From Thermoanaerobaculia bacterium (GTDB taxonomy: Bacteria > Acidobacteriota > Thermoanaerobaculia > Multivoradales > Multivoraceae): a DNA stretch of 64,000 nt. The notes beneath the pieces are model-generated. The model did not search any database and was not told where the DNA came from. It was given only the letters and a program-made list of their open reading frames with translations. The position numbers and the translations under genes are program-made. Of the stretch, positions 20,193-29,998 are shown piece by piece (the stretch's first letter is position 1; every line of letters begins with the position of its first letter). The stretch lies in the NCBI GenBank assembly GCA_963664405.1, contig OY761158.1, positions 3,776,001-3,840,000 of the forward strand, given 5' to 3'.

Positions 20193-20388
20193 CCCGCACC
20201 TGCCGGCGTCGCTCGAGCCAGTCGTTGAACTCGTCCATGTCGAAGAGCACGCGGCGCCCCACGCGGACAATGACTTTGTCGAGGCCGTTTTCGTCGGAGC
20301 GGTAGATCATCCAGCGGAGACTGGCCTCGGTGAAGGCCGGATTGGCATCGGCGATCTGCTTCACAGTCCGGAGCTTTTCGTAGTTCAT
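20128..20388 (-). CDS. excisionase-like DNA-binding protein
   Basis: LRTVKQIA...FTEASLRWMIY...VRVGRRVLFDMDEFNDWLE winged-helix pattern; convergent with integrase. Confidence 0.8.
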   Translation of the reverse strand: MNYEKLRTVKQIADANPAFTEASLRWMIYRSDENGLDKVIVRVGRRVLFDMDEFNDWLERRRQVRVNGPRENAGSSWRPPRSYVGR

Positions 20389-20713
20389 GGGGTCCTTCGG
20401 TTCGTTGTGAGATCTCCTCGAGAGGAAGATTATACTACGAATGTAGGAGATGTGAAGAGGCACGGTCGGCAGAGGCAGAAGAACGAAGGCCGCCGGCCCC
20501 GCTAGGGCTCGAATGAGATCTAATGCCTTCTCCTACGTCCATGGTACTTCTCTGATACTACGGATGTGAGAGAAGAGGTTGTTCATCTGAGCAGCGAGCA
20601 ATGCGATGTCATACGCGCCTCCGGCGCGCGACATCGCACAGCGCGATTCTCGCGCTGCGGGGGAGCCTTTTCGCAACCCTCACGGGTGCTCAAAGCCAGG
20701 GAAGGGGAGACCT

Positions 20714-21053
20714 GTGAGCTCCGGCCAGAGTGCTCTGCAGACCGAAGTGGTCTCGGTTCGTCTATCTCCGACCGAGCGGCAAACTCTCGACGAACGAGCG
20801 CGTCTGTGCGGGCAGCCCCTTTCGACCTATATGCGGAGTGTAGCGCTGGGGAGCATTCCCCGCGCTCGTCCCCACAAGCTCGAGCAGAAGCCATCTACCA
20901 CCTCGGGCGCATTGGCAACAACCTCAACCAACTCGCCCATAGCGCCAACGCCTACAGGCGCACGGCCGACTCCCGCCAACTTCAGGCGGCACTCGACGAA
21001 CTCCTCGCGACGATTCGTAGACACGCGTGATCGGTAAGGTCACGGTCGGGAGC
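20714..21053 (+). pseudogene. mobC: mobC (frameshifted near 20890) followed by a ~9-codon relaxase start
   Basis: VSVRLSPTERQTL..RA...LSTYMR in one frame and LGRIGNNLNQLAH in another; GTG at 21027 reads MIGKVTVGS, resembling MOB-P relaxase N-termini. Confidence 0.75.
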
Positions 21054-21125
21054 GCACGCCCTTGGCGCACTCAACGGATCGGAGCGCCGAGGTGATCTGC
21101 AAGGCCGCTTCCGCAGCAAACCGAG

Positions 21126-22043
21126 TCAGGAGCGCGGTTCCGGTTCCTTCCAGGGGCCGCCGGGTAACCATGTCCCTCGAAACCGCTCGCCCGTCGCGAG
21201 AGCGTGTAGGACCGGCTGAACGAACGCAGCGATGACCCCGACCGCCTCCTCGAGTGAGCCCGCACTCAGACGGCTCTTGCGCAAGAAGGCGTCCCACTGC
21301 ACACGCCTGTCTTCAATCTCGGGGAATGTGGGCGTCAATGCGACGGGTGGCTGGGAGGGGATATCGGTTCGGCGGCGCCTAAAGGTCGCCGCGATGGCCT
21401 TAGAAAGCCGTCCTCCGTCGAAAGCCTCATGCGAGGCGAGGGCGCCGACGTCGAAGAAGTCGCGCATCCGGCTGTTTCGTGACCCCAGAAGAACCATCGC
21501 GTGCACCTTCTCGGCAACGACCGTCTCCATGCGGTATGCGCGAAGACGGGGTCGCGGCAGATCCAGCAGGCTCGGATACTCGATCCACTCCGGCTCCGCG
21601 GCGTCCCCTAGACCAATGTCGACGCGGACGCGGAGCCGTGCCGACCCCAGATGGGCGAAGAGCGTCACACGCACCCCGCCATACGCCTCCTCCTCTAGGA
21701 TCGGAACCACGTGGATTGACTCGTCGTCGAAGACGAGCCCGTCCGGTTCGACTGAGAGCGCACAGAGCTCAGTGAAGATGCGGACGACCGTTTCCTCGTC
21801 GATGTCTCCGAAACCGAGCAGGTCGGCGTCCCGAGTTGGGCGAAGAGTCTCGCCGAGCCGGGCCAGGAGTACCAGCGCCCCCTTGAGGACGAACTGCTCT
21901 GAGTAGGGCGAGAGGGCCAGACGGTAGAGAAACCGCTCGGTAGCGTAGCGGGCCAGGAGGACGCTGGGGTCGACATCGAGGACCTTTGCTCGCTGGACGA
22001 GGCGCGCCTGTACGGATCGCGCGAGCCCGGTAGTCACGCTCAC
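21126..22043 (-). CDS. AbiEii/AbiGii nucleotidyltransferase toxin (type IV TA)
   Basis: ERFLYRL, FVLKGA, RPTRDADL, VDIGLGD, AEKVHAM, NSRMRDFFD. Confidence 0.92.
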   Translation of the reverse strand: MSVTTGLARSVQARLVQRAKVLDVDPSVLLARYATERFLYRLALSPYSEQFVLKGALVLLARLGETLRPTRDADLLGFGDIDEETVVRIFTELCALSVEPDGLVFDDESIHVVPILEEEAYGGVRVTLFAHLGSARLRVRVDIGLGDAAEPEWIEYPSLLDLPRPRLRAYRMETVVAEKVHAMVLLGSRNSRMRDFFDVGALASHEAFDGGRLSKAIAATFRRRRTDIPSQPPVALTPTFPEIEDRRVQWDAFLRKSRLSAGSLEEAVGVIAAFVQPVLHALATGERFRGTWLPGGPWKEPEPRS

Positions 22044-22642
22044 AAGAGGACCCCGTCGATGTAGGGGCGCATCACAGTCTCAACGTGGCAGGCCTCGGCG
22101 GCGCTGTCGAGCTCCTCGACGGTGAAGCGTCGATCTCGCCAGCCCTCCCTTAGTGCCTCGATCGCGACGTCGAGTCCGATGCGGTTGCGGAACTTGAAGA
22201 GGTCGGCGACGGTCTTGGCGACGCCGTAGATGCGAACGGACCGTCCCTCGATGACGTGATCCTCGATACCATCCGTGAACGAGATCCCGCTGAAGTGCAC
22301 GACTCTCAGCGGGGGGTAGTCCACGGTCGGTGTCCGGGTACCACGCTCAACCGCAATCCAGACCGCGGACGGGAGCTGTGCGCCTATCCCGTGGAAGCTC
22401 AGCGCCGAAAGCAGGCAGATCACACCGTGCGGTACGGCCGTTGCCGCGAGGACCAGCCCGTGGTGCTCCGTGATCTCCCTGCCTGTGAGACGGTAGCGGC
22501 CCCGGGCGACCCGCTCCAGGGTTCCGTCCACCACGAGTCGTGTGAGCTCCTGTCGATGGATGCCCGCTCGGGTCACCTCTGCTGCCGTGAACAGCTCCCG
22601 CTCTCGAGCCATCTCGAGCACGCGCTCTCGGTCGGTGGCCAT
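22040..22642 (-). CDS. AbiEi antitoxin (type IV TA)
   Basis: LERVARGRY, GVICLLSALSFHG, KTVADLFKFRNRIGLDVAIEAL; ATG 22642 lies 7 nt after a TACACT -10. Confidence 0.92.
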   Translation of the reverse strand: MATDRERVLEMARERELFTAAEVTRAGIHRQELTRLVVDGTLERVARGRYRLTGREITEHHGLVLAATAVPHGVICLLSALSFHGIGAQLPSAVWIAVERGTRTPTVDYPPLRVVHFSGISFTDGIEDHVIEGRSVRIYGVAKTVADLFKFRNRIGLDVAIEALREGWRDRRFTVEELDSAAEACHVETVMRPYIDGVLL

Positions 22643-22690
22643 GTGGCGAAGTGTATACACCTAGGAGTAAGTGTCAACATTTAGCCACAT
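22641..22690 (-). promoter_or_regulatory. abiE promoter (TTGACA-16-TACACT) flanked by inverted repeat ATGTGGC...GCCACAT
   Basis: read directly in the sequence; AbiEi proteins are known to autorepress via promoter inverted repeats. Confidence 0.6.
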
Positions 22691-22870
22691 GCCTAGCTTC
22701 CGGTCTCCAGCGCACGATTGCAAGAGCGGCGACGGGTTCCCCAATTGCAGCTTCTTCGGCTGACCGTCTCTTGGGGCCGCAAGGCAGTGGAGCGTTCTCT
22801 CGAAATCCCCAGGGCCCGAGACCGATGATCGAGCAGCTCGGGAGCGAGATCTCCTACAATCGTGCGGATA

Positions 22871-23209
22871 ATGGCGAAGGCGAAGAAAGCTCAGCCTCGG
22901 CAGAGGCTCTCACGGACCGAGTGGGAGCTGATGCGGATCTGCTGGCGACGGGGCCGAACGACGGCCCGTGAGGTGCTCGAGGAGTCGCTAAGGAAGCAGG
23001 TGCGCGACTATCGAACCATCCTCACGCTTCTCACTCGCATCGCCCAGAAGGGGTATCTCAACGTCGAGAAGGTCGGGAAGACCAACTACTACACGCCCGC
23101 GATCGAGGGAGAGGAGGCACTGTCCGAAGAGATCCGACGGTTCTTGGATGAAGTCGTTGGTCCGGAAGCCGAGAGTCGTGAACTTCTGCGGATGATCCTC
23201 AAGGAGTGA
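22871..23209 (+). CDS. BlaI/MecI/CopY family repressor
   Basis: LSRTEWELMRICW..G.TTAREV, YRTILTLLTRI.QKGYL, YYTPAI. Confidence 0.9.
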   Translation: MAKAKKAQPRQRLSRTEWELMRICWRRGRTTAREVLEESLRKQVRDYRTILTLLTRIAQKGYLNVEKVGKTNYYTPAIEGEEALSEEIRRFLDEVVGPEAESRELLRMILKE

Positions 23210-23671
23210 GTCGCCGGCCGATAGGATCCATAGCTGCTCCTTCGCGCAGAGGCCTTGGAGCCGAGAGCCCGCTGGACCGACTCTGGGGTCGAGCAGCCCG
23301 GTCGGGCCCGAGTGTTGTTATTCCGATGTGCTCGAGCGCGCGTTATCGAGACCTCGGCTCGCGCGAGAACGCCCGAGGCAGCCGCGAGAGTTGGCCGGGG
23401 AGGCCGGGCTTTCCATCCTCCTGCCCCGATCGTTATCGAGTCCCATTGTCCGGAGAACACCCAGTTGAGCGGTCGCGTCACGTGGCGTGATAGCACGATC
23501 TTGACGTCACGATATGCCCATACGGCGACGGGAGTGTGGGGATCCGTGGCTCCCAGTACCACCAGCAGCCTTGCATCACTCTTGGCACGCCCCCTGTGGG
23601 TGATAATAGGACCAGCTGATCCAGATAAGCAGAACGGCCGAGGATCGGCAGAATCATAGGTTAGCTGGCTA

Positions 23672-24208
23672 ATGAAGGTCAAAGTGATACTCGGAGTTGG
23701 TGTTCTGCTTTCCGCAGGCGCATTCGTCGCTCTCTCCATCGTCACGATGCCCTGGGAGTGGCCTATTCATGCTGCCGTAATCGAGGATCTAGTGGCGAAC
23801 GAGCGAACAGGGATGATCGACCGTTGGACCCGACTGCCCGATGATGAGACGTCCGTTCCAGGTGGCTACCGTGGCTGCTTTCAGCGGTCGGCGCTGCCCC
23901 AGGTCCTGGCGGAGCACTTTCTCCGTCGCAACGAGCGCTCACGATGGATCTCGAACCGCAGGACTCTGATCAAGGCCGCACGCTACGCCGGCAACGCCGT
24001 CTGTGCCTATCTCCAAGACGACGGTAGCTACGAGCCCATTAGGCCGCGCATTGTGCTTTCAACCGTGGCACGAGCTCGAGACGGCAGGACCGCACTCGTG
24101 TACGTCGACCACTTCTGTCCGCTCTGTGGCTATGGCGGATATGTTTATCTTGAGAGGCGGCATCGGGCCTGGAAGGTTGTGGATCGCTGTGACAGATGGG
24201 TGTCGTAG
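23672..24208 (+). CDS. hypothetical exported protein in an integron-type gene cassette
   Basis: N-terminal hydrophobic segment, CPLCGYG motif; flanked by GTTAGCTGGC and GCCAGCTAAC. Confidence 0.7.
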   Translation: MKVKVILGVGVLLSAGAFVALSIVTMPWEWPIHAAVIEDLVANERTGMIDRWTRLPDDETSVPGGYRGCFQRSALPQVLAEHFLRRNERSRWISNRRTLIKAARYAGNAVCAYLQDDGSYEPIRPRIVLSTVARARDGRTALVYVDHFCPLCGYGGYVYLERRHRAWKVVDRCDRWVS

Positions 24209-24329
24209 CAGTAGCGGCCAGCTAACCCGGCGGCTCGAGCGGACAGAGACATGACAGGAGCAGCACTCGACAAAGACCCTGCCATCGTTGAGCTGATGGC
24301 CAAGCTATTGAGAGATCTCGGAGCCCAAT

Positions 24330-24807
24330 TGAGAGTGAGCACGATAATCGATGGCGGTCCGATCACGATAAGTGATGGTCGCGTAGCCATTTGAAGGACT
24401 TAGCCGAAGCTGCGTTTCGCTGCCACTTGCCTCAGACGGTCTTGTTCACAGTATTTGATGGCGATTCGAGGAAACCCGATCACGTTGTCTGGTGGGAATG
24501 GGTGTTCCGTTCAAGGTATCTGAGGGCGCAACCAGGGGCCCAAGCGCGATGGAAGCTCGGCGAACTGCCTCGATCGCCCATCAGATAGCGTGCCGTTCAT
24601 CCCATCGCTGCGTGTCAGCCCTCGTTCAGCGTGATCAGCGAAAGAACAAGTATGGACTGCGCGTCAGGCCCCGACGGCCCGCCTTCGGCGGGGATGATGC
24701 CGACGGACCTAGTCTTGAGCACACTACTTGAGGGACCAAACACCCCTTCCCTCACCTACCGTGCTCAGAATGGCCAACATTCCCATCGATTATCGTGCTC
24801 ACTCTCA
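24330..24807. mobile_element. 478-bp non-autonomous TIR element (MITE-like), copy 1
   Basis: perfect 25-bp TIR TGAGAGTGAGCACGATAATCGATGG; repeated internal CAC-N7-GRKGG motifs; no transposase. Confidence 0.85.
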
Positions 24808-25157
24808 CTGAGAGTGAGCACGATAATCGATGGCGGTCCGATCACGATAAGTGATGGTCGCGTAGCCTTTTGAAGGACTTAGCCGAAGCTGCGTTTCGCT
24901 GCCACTTGCCTCAGACGGTCTTGTTCACAGTATTTGATGGCGATTCGAGGAAACCCGATCACGTTGTCTGGTGGGAATGGGTGTTCCGTTCAAGGTATCT
25001 GAGGGCGCAACCAGGGGCCCAAGCGCGATGGAAGCTCGGCGAACCGCCTCGATCGCCCATCAGATAGCGTGCCGTTCATCCCATCGCTGCGTGTCAGCCC
25101 TCGTTCAGCGTGATCAGCGAAAGAACAAGTATGGACTGCGCGTCAGGCCCCGACGGC

Positions 25158-26521
25158 GGATGTGTCCCGTTTTTTGTGGAAATGGGTTCAGGCGTAGTCC
25201 TCCGAGTCGTCTTTTGCTAAATCCTACCGTTTACGCGGCCCTCTCAACCTCGAGCAGGAGCTGAAGCGCCCGGTAGCCGTTAATCCTTCGCAGGTGTATC
25301 TGCCCGAAGGCGACGAGCCCCCAGAGGAGCGTGACGCCGGCAGCCTCGGTGGCAAAGGAGCCCTGGGTTTTAGTGCGGCGACGAAACTCGCGGTTCAGGT
25401 TCTCCAGAGCGTTGGTCGTGCGCACCGAACTCCACAGCGATTTGGGGAGCTCGTAGAAGGTCAGTAGCTGGAACCCTGCCTCCTCAAGGCTGCGAGCCAC
25501 CGCCGGGACTAGTCGCGACCACTTGGTGACGAACGCCGCGTAGGCCTTGCGGGCCTGTGCCGCGTCCTCGGCTCGTACGATCGAGTGCCAGTCACGCCGC
25601 AGCTCGTCGTGTGCGTGCACCGGGCAGTGTTTCTTCAGATTCTCCCACTTGTGTTGGACGCAGCGCTGGACTTTGACCTCAGGCCAAGCCTTCAGCGCCG
25701 CGGCCAGCCCTTTGTGGCCATCCGTGACCAGGTAGCGCGGAGCCTGAAGACCTCGGGCCTTCAGATCCTCGATCAGCCACTTCCAGTGCTCGGCGGCCTC
25801 GCTCGCGGCTAAACGTAAGGCCACCAGCACCTTGGTGCCGTCCGGAGTCACACCCAGCACCACCAGCACCGGTACCGAGACCACTCGACGGGCCAAGCGG
25901 ACCTTCAGGTGAAAGCCATCGAGAAACAGAAGCACGTAGGACTCCTCCGACAGATCGCGCTCACTCCAGCGAGCAAAAAGCTCCTTCAGCCGAGACACCA
26001 CACGCGAAACTGCGCTCTTGGACAGGTGCTCCTCACCCAGCAGCGGAGCCAATGCCTTCTTGATCCGGCGGCTGTTAGCGCCAGCCAGATACGCACCCAG
26101 GATCGCGTCATCGACCTCCTGCGTACGACGAGCGTAACGCGGCACGATCGCACTGCGAAACTCTACGCTGGCCCCATCCTCGCCGACTAGCCGTCCTCGT
26201 GGAATGTCCAGTTCCTTCGACCCACACGCCGTCGTGATCAGACGACGCTGCTTGCCGTTGCGATAGCCCGCACGCTCGCCTGAACGCTCGTAGGCGCTGC
26301 AGCCCAGCGCCTCGGACAGCTCTTCCTCGAGTGTGATCTCGATCGCCGCACGAACACGCTCGCGTAACAACGAACGAATGTCCTGACGGAAGCGTGCAGC
26401 TTCCCCTTCCTCGTTGATATTCTCCACCATGGCGTAATCCTCCGTTCGCCCTAACCGGCGATGTGTTTGACCACTAGGAGGTTACGCCATTCTCAATTTC
26501 CACAGCATTCGGGACGGATCC
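25158..26521 (-). mobile_element. IS256-family insertion sequence
   Basis: imperfect IRs GGATGTGTCCCG..TGTGGAAAT / GGATCCGTCCCG..TGTGGAAAT; 8-bp TSD CCGACGGC (25150-25157, 26522-26529). Confidence 0.93.
25231..26430 (-). CDS. IS256-family transposase
   Basis: GYRNG, LFLDG, LVTDGHKGL, QRCVQH, RTTNALENLNREFRRRTK. Confidence 0.95.
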   Translation of the reverse strand: MVENINEEGEAARFRQDIRSLLRERVRAAIEITLEEELSEALGCSAYERSGERAGYRNGKQRRLITTACGSKELDIPRGRLVGEDGASVEFRSAIVPRYARRTQEVDDAILGAYLAGANSRRIKKALAPLLGEEHLSKSAVSRVVSRLKELFARWSERDLSEESYVLLFLDGFHLKVRLARRVVSVPVLVVLGVTPDGTKVLVALRLAASEAAEHWKWLIEDLKARGLQAPRYLVTDGHKGLAAALKAWPEVKVQRCVQHKWENLKKHCPVHAHDELRRDWHSIVRAEDAAQARKAYAAFVTKWSRLVPAVARSLEEAGFQLLTFYELPKSLWSSVRTTNALENLNREFRRRTKTQGSFATEAAGVTLLWGLVAFGQIHLRRINGYRALQLLLEVERAA

Positions 26522-26654
26522 CCGACGGCCCGCCTTCGGCGGGGATGATGCCGACGGACCTAGTCTTGAGCACACTACTTGAGGGACCAAACACCCTTCC
26601 CTCACCTACCGTGCTCAGAATGGCCAACATTCCCATCGATTATCGTGCTCACTC

Positions 26655-27539
26655 TCACCAGGCGTCGGCGGCTTGCGCCCACGCCAGCAGATCGGCACGA
26701 CGCCGAAGCGGCATGGTCTTGCCCAAGGGGAACTGGTGCGTTGGTGTCACGTGGACGAGCCTCGCCTGCGGGGCACGCTTGCGTCCGGCCTCTACACTCA
26801 ACCCCTGATCGTCTACCGGAACTGGCACGACTCGTGCGCCCCAGCCAACGAAAGCCGTGTGCGCGCCGAAGTACCCAGGGTCCTCCACCCAAACCGAATC
26901 GTCGGGGTCCAGCAGGACACTCGCAGCTAGAGCAATGCCCTGCTGACTGCCGCTGACGACGATGACTTGGTCAGGCGTGCATCGGACACCCCGCGTAGTG
27001 CCGAGGTGCTCAGCGATCGCTTCCCTCAAGGGCTCGTATTCGGAGCGACCCAGCCAACGAGCCCTGGTCAATTGATCCCAGCATTGAACCAGAAGACTGC
27101 GCCAAACTCTGCTTGGAAACAGATCGGCAGGTGCTCCCATCCCGAAGGCGCGACCGCGAGACTCCCCGGGCAACTGGATTGGCTGTGGCCATCTCTTGGC
27201 AAGGTTGTAGATCGCACGCCCCTGTTGTGAAAGGTTTCGACGACCACGAGGCTCGTCCAGCTCGACGGCACCCGGCCCGAACGGGATACCGCTCGGAACG
27301 TCAGCCACAAAGGTGCCGGCACCCTGTTTGCCTTCCAACAATCCCTCGAGAATAAGCTGCTCAAACGCCATGTGAACGGTGTTTCGCGACACACTGAGTG
27401 AAGCTGCGAGCGCTCTTGTCGAAGGCATTCGGGTGCCCACCCGAAACTGACCAGACAGGATTGCGTCCCGAAGGCCATCATAGAGCTGCCTGGAGAGAGC
27501 ACCCGCTGGGCGATCCAGGCTAAGAGGTGGCAGTGTCAT
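26655..27539 (-). pseudogene. MocR/GabR-family PLP-dependent GntR regulator, 3'-truncated by the TIR element
   Basis: GntR HTH (MPSTRALA..LSVSRNTV), VEDPGY, VTPTHQFPLG; breaks at AQAADAW, before the expected IIEDDYD and PLP lysine. Confidence 0.88.
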
Positions 27540-27674
27540 CCTAAGTGTCCTTTAGAATTTCACACAGCTGGCACTTTTTAGAGACATCTCGTCTGAGTAT
27601 CATGGAATCCAGAACAGTACGATGCAAGGATCGAATGCCCAGCCGCGTTTCCCATTTCACAGGAGAAATGAACT

Positions 27675-28460
27675 ATGAGCCGGAACAGCGTCGTGATTGG
27701 CGAAGGTAAAACGAAGATCGTAAAGACGAATCCGAGTGACCCAGCGACCGTCCTTCTCTACTTCAAAGACGACATCACAGCCGGAGATGGTGCAAAACAC
27801 GATGTCTTTGAGGGTAAAGCTGTGCTGGACTGGGCGGTCAGTCGAGATTGTTTTGAGTTACTCTCGCGACGTGGACTGATCACTCACTATATAGACAGTC
27901 CCGAGGAGCGCGTCATGCTCGTCCGGAAGCTGGACCGTAAGCTCGAATTGGAGGTGGTCAGTCGCCGAGTTGCGACGGGTTCGATTCTCAAGTGGGGTGA
28001 CTACTCAGAGGGGGAACGATTCGACCCGGTGATCACTCAGTTCCACTACAAGGACGATCCGCTTCATGACCCGATGCTGGACGATCGATACGTTGAGTTC
28101 ATGATTCGGGACAAGGACGCGTGGGAATACGCCTCCATGTGTCAAGTGAACACCCAGGTGTTCTTAGTACTGGAAGCTGCGTTTGCGCAGTTCGGCGTGC
28201 AGCTCGTTGACATAAAGCTGGAGTACGGCATCATCGATGGCGAATTGTGCGTGATCGACGAGATCTCGGGCGGCTCCTTCAGGCTGTGGCCTTACAGATC
28301 AGAGGCGCCCAACCTTGATTTGAGCAATGTGCTCTCCGAATTGGCTCCAGAGCAGCGGCTCGACAAAGACACATACCGCATGGGGGGCGCGCCAGACGAA
28401 GTCCTGTCCAAGTTCCGAGCGATTTCAGCGTTGACGTCGCGCTTCAAGGAGGTGGAGTAG
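27675..28460 (+). CDS. purC: SAICAR synthase (PurC)-like protein
   Basis: GEGKTK, FKDDITAGDG, LEVVSRRVATGS, YKDDPLHDP, LVDIKLEYG, DEI...RLW, DKDTYR. Confidence 0.88.
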   Translation: MSRNSVVIGEGKTKIVKTNPSDPATVLLYFKDDITAGDGAKHDVFEGKAVLDWAVSRDCFELLSRRGLITHYIDSPEERVMLVRKLDRKLELEVVSRRVATGSILKWGDYSEGERFDPVITQFHYKDDPLHDPMLDDRYVEFMIRDKDAWEYASMCQVNTQVFLVLEAAFAQFGVQLVDIKLEYGIIDGELCVIDEISGGSFRLWPYRSEAPNLDLSNVLSELAPEQRLDKDTYRMGGAPDEVLSKFRAISALTSRFKEVE

Positions 28461-28614
28461 GAGCTATGCCAAGGCGCAGTGGCGAACGCTAGTCGTCTGT
28501 TGCTTGCGCGTTGCCGAATCGAATGGCCTTGTCATGTTCGTTGTCTTGCTGTGCTTGTGCTCCAGCAACTCCTGGACCGACTCCCGCGTCCAAAGAAGGA
28601 ACAGAAACTGCGCC

Positions 28615-28698
28615 ATGCTGAAAGCCATTCTTGGGGACAACGACGGCGTCCTGGTCGACACCGAAGGCCTGTACTTCCAGGCCTGCCGCGAAACCCTT
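28615..28698 (+). pseudogene. HAD hydrolase N-terminal fragment
   Basis: MLKAILGDNDGVLVDTEGLYFQACRETL (DxDGxLVD), cut by the IS21 remnant. Confidence 0.7.
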
Positions 28699-29222
28699 CC
28701 ACCTCGCATTGCATCGTTGCCGAAGCGAGATGCAAGATCCGCAGGTAGTCAAGGTCGGCCTGGCGCTCAGGCAGCGTCTCGGTGAGCGCTTCGTAGGCAC
28801 TGCGAAACACCGGTGCCGGAAACATCGACTCTCGATACCGGTAGCGGGCAAACGCCCACGGCTTGCGGACCAGGGACCAGATCACGTGACGGTAGTCGAT
28901 CCGTGCGTGGCCTTCGCCCAGGAGCCGCTCGATCACCAGCTGGCGCCGCCCCCCGTAGAAGACCTCGACCGCCAGCTCCGAGATCCGCACCTTCACCCGC
29001 TCGCCTCGAAGTCGGGAGGGCACCGAGTAAGTATTGCGCAGCAAGCGAATCGTGCCGTTGGACGTCACTCGCACTCACAGCTCTCGATACTCGGGCAATC
29101 GAGCGCTCGCCAGCGGCCGCATCACGGCTAGCTCCCGGCGACCCGCTCACTGCGCAGGTCGTTGGCGCGCTCGAGCACCTCGCCGATCCAGCTCTCGTAG
29201 GCTTCGACGCTCGCAAAATCCC
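28697..29222 (-). pseudogene. IS21-family transposase (IstA) internal fragment
   Basis: RV...GTIR..RNTYSVPSRLRGERV, IDYRHVIWSLVRKPWAFARYRYRESMFP; contains stops and frameshifts. Confidence 0.8.
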
Positions 29223-29998
29223 CAGCGACGTTTGCCGCCGCTAGGTGCCACCCGAAAAGAGTTGACGTTCGGTGGATTTTTCTTCTTCCTCGCTTCAGAA
29301 CGAGGATTGGTTATGGCGACGAGGCATCTGCCGCTCGTCGGGCCGGTCCCACACTTTCTGGAGACGGCGAGCCGGTACGGCAGCGCCCCGAGTCGCAGCC
29401 CATCACCGCTCGAGCTGTACCCGTGCAGCGACGAAGCTTCGGTAACCGCCTAGGCCGGAAGCTGGTGGTTCGGGTCGTGCCTGCTCCACCAATGTTATCG
29501 GCGGTCATAAAGTGCGGGATACCGGCTGTGTAGTGGCGCTTTTGGTTTCATCCTCCTCGAGAAGGGACCGGTGCCGAAGGAGGATGTAGCGGACGTATTG
29601 AGGGTCGAGCTCGTCGTTGGTCAGGGCTCGATGTACGGAGCGGTAGTAGGCAAGTGAGTGAATCTGCGGCAGAGGACGCCTGCGGACGATCGCCGGATCG
29701 GCGCCTCACCTCGGAGAGAAGGGCAGCAAGCATGGCCTCCTTCGCCCGGCGGCCGCCTTCGACGACTCCACCTTCCCAGGCTGATGCAAGGAGGTCGTTC
29801 TGACCCGTGGCGAGAAAACGCTCGATCTCCCGCTGCTGGAGGGGCGTCGAGGCGCTATTCACCCTCTCCTTTCCAGGGGCTTCCGGGGAGCTTCGAGACC
29901 GAGGCGTCGTGCACCAGAGCTCATGACGGTGTCGGGTCGTAGTTCAGACCGGTCCTCAGCAGCTCCTGGACGTCTTGCAGAAACGTCCTGTCGATCAT

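Larger units (their letters stand above)
24809..26657. mobile_element. TIR element copy 2 (tandem, interrupted by IS256)
   Basis: near-identical to copy 1, separated from it by 1 nt; sequence resumes after the IS256 at 26522. Confidence 0.85.

Noticed and set aside
24330-25157. Duplicated 65-aa ORFs (24391, 24870) and the repeats as a possible CRISPR array or protein repeat
   Set aside because: The units are 478 bp with TIRs, there is no repeat-spacer periodicity and no cas gene; the ORFs have TTG starts and no recognisable motif.
29240-29990. Possible IS end (tgttatcggcggtcataaagtg ~29492) and 104-aa ORF 29548-29862
   Set aside because: No partner IR or TSD found and the ORF looks truncated; too fragmentary to call.
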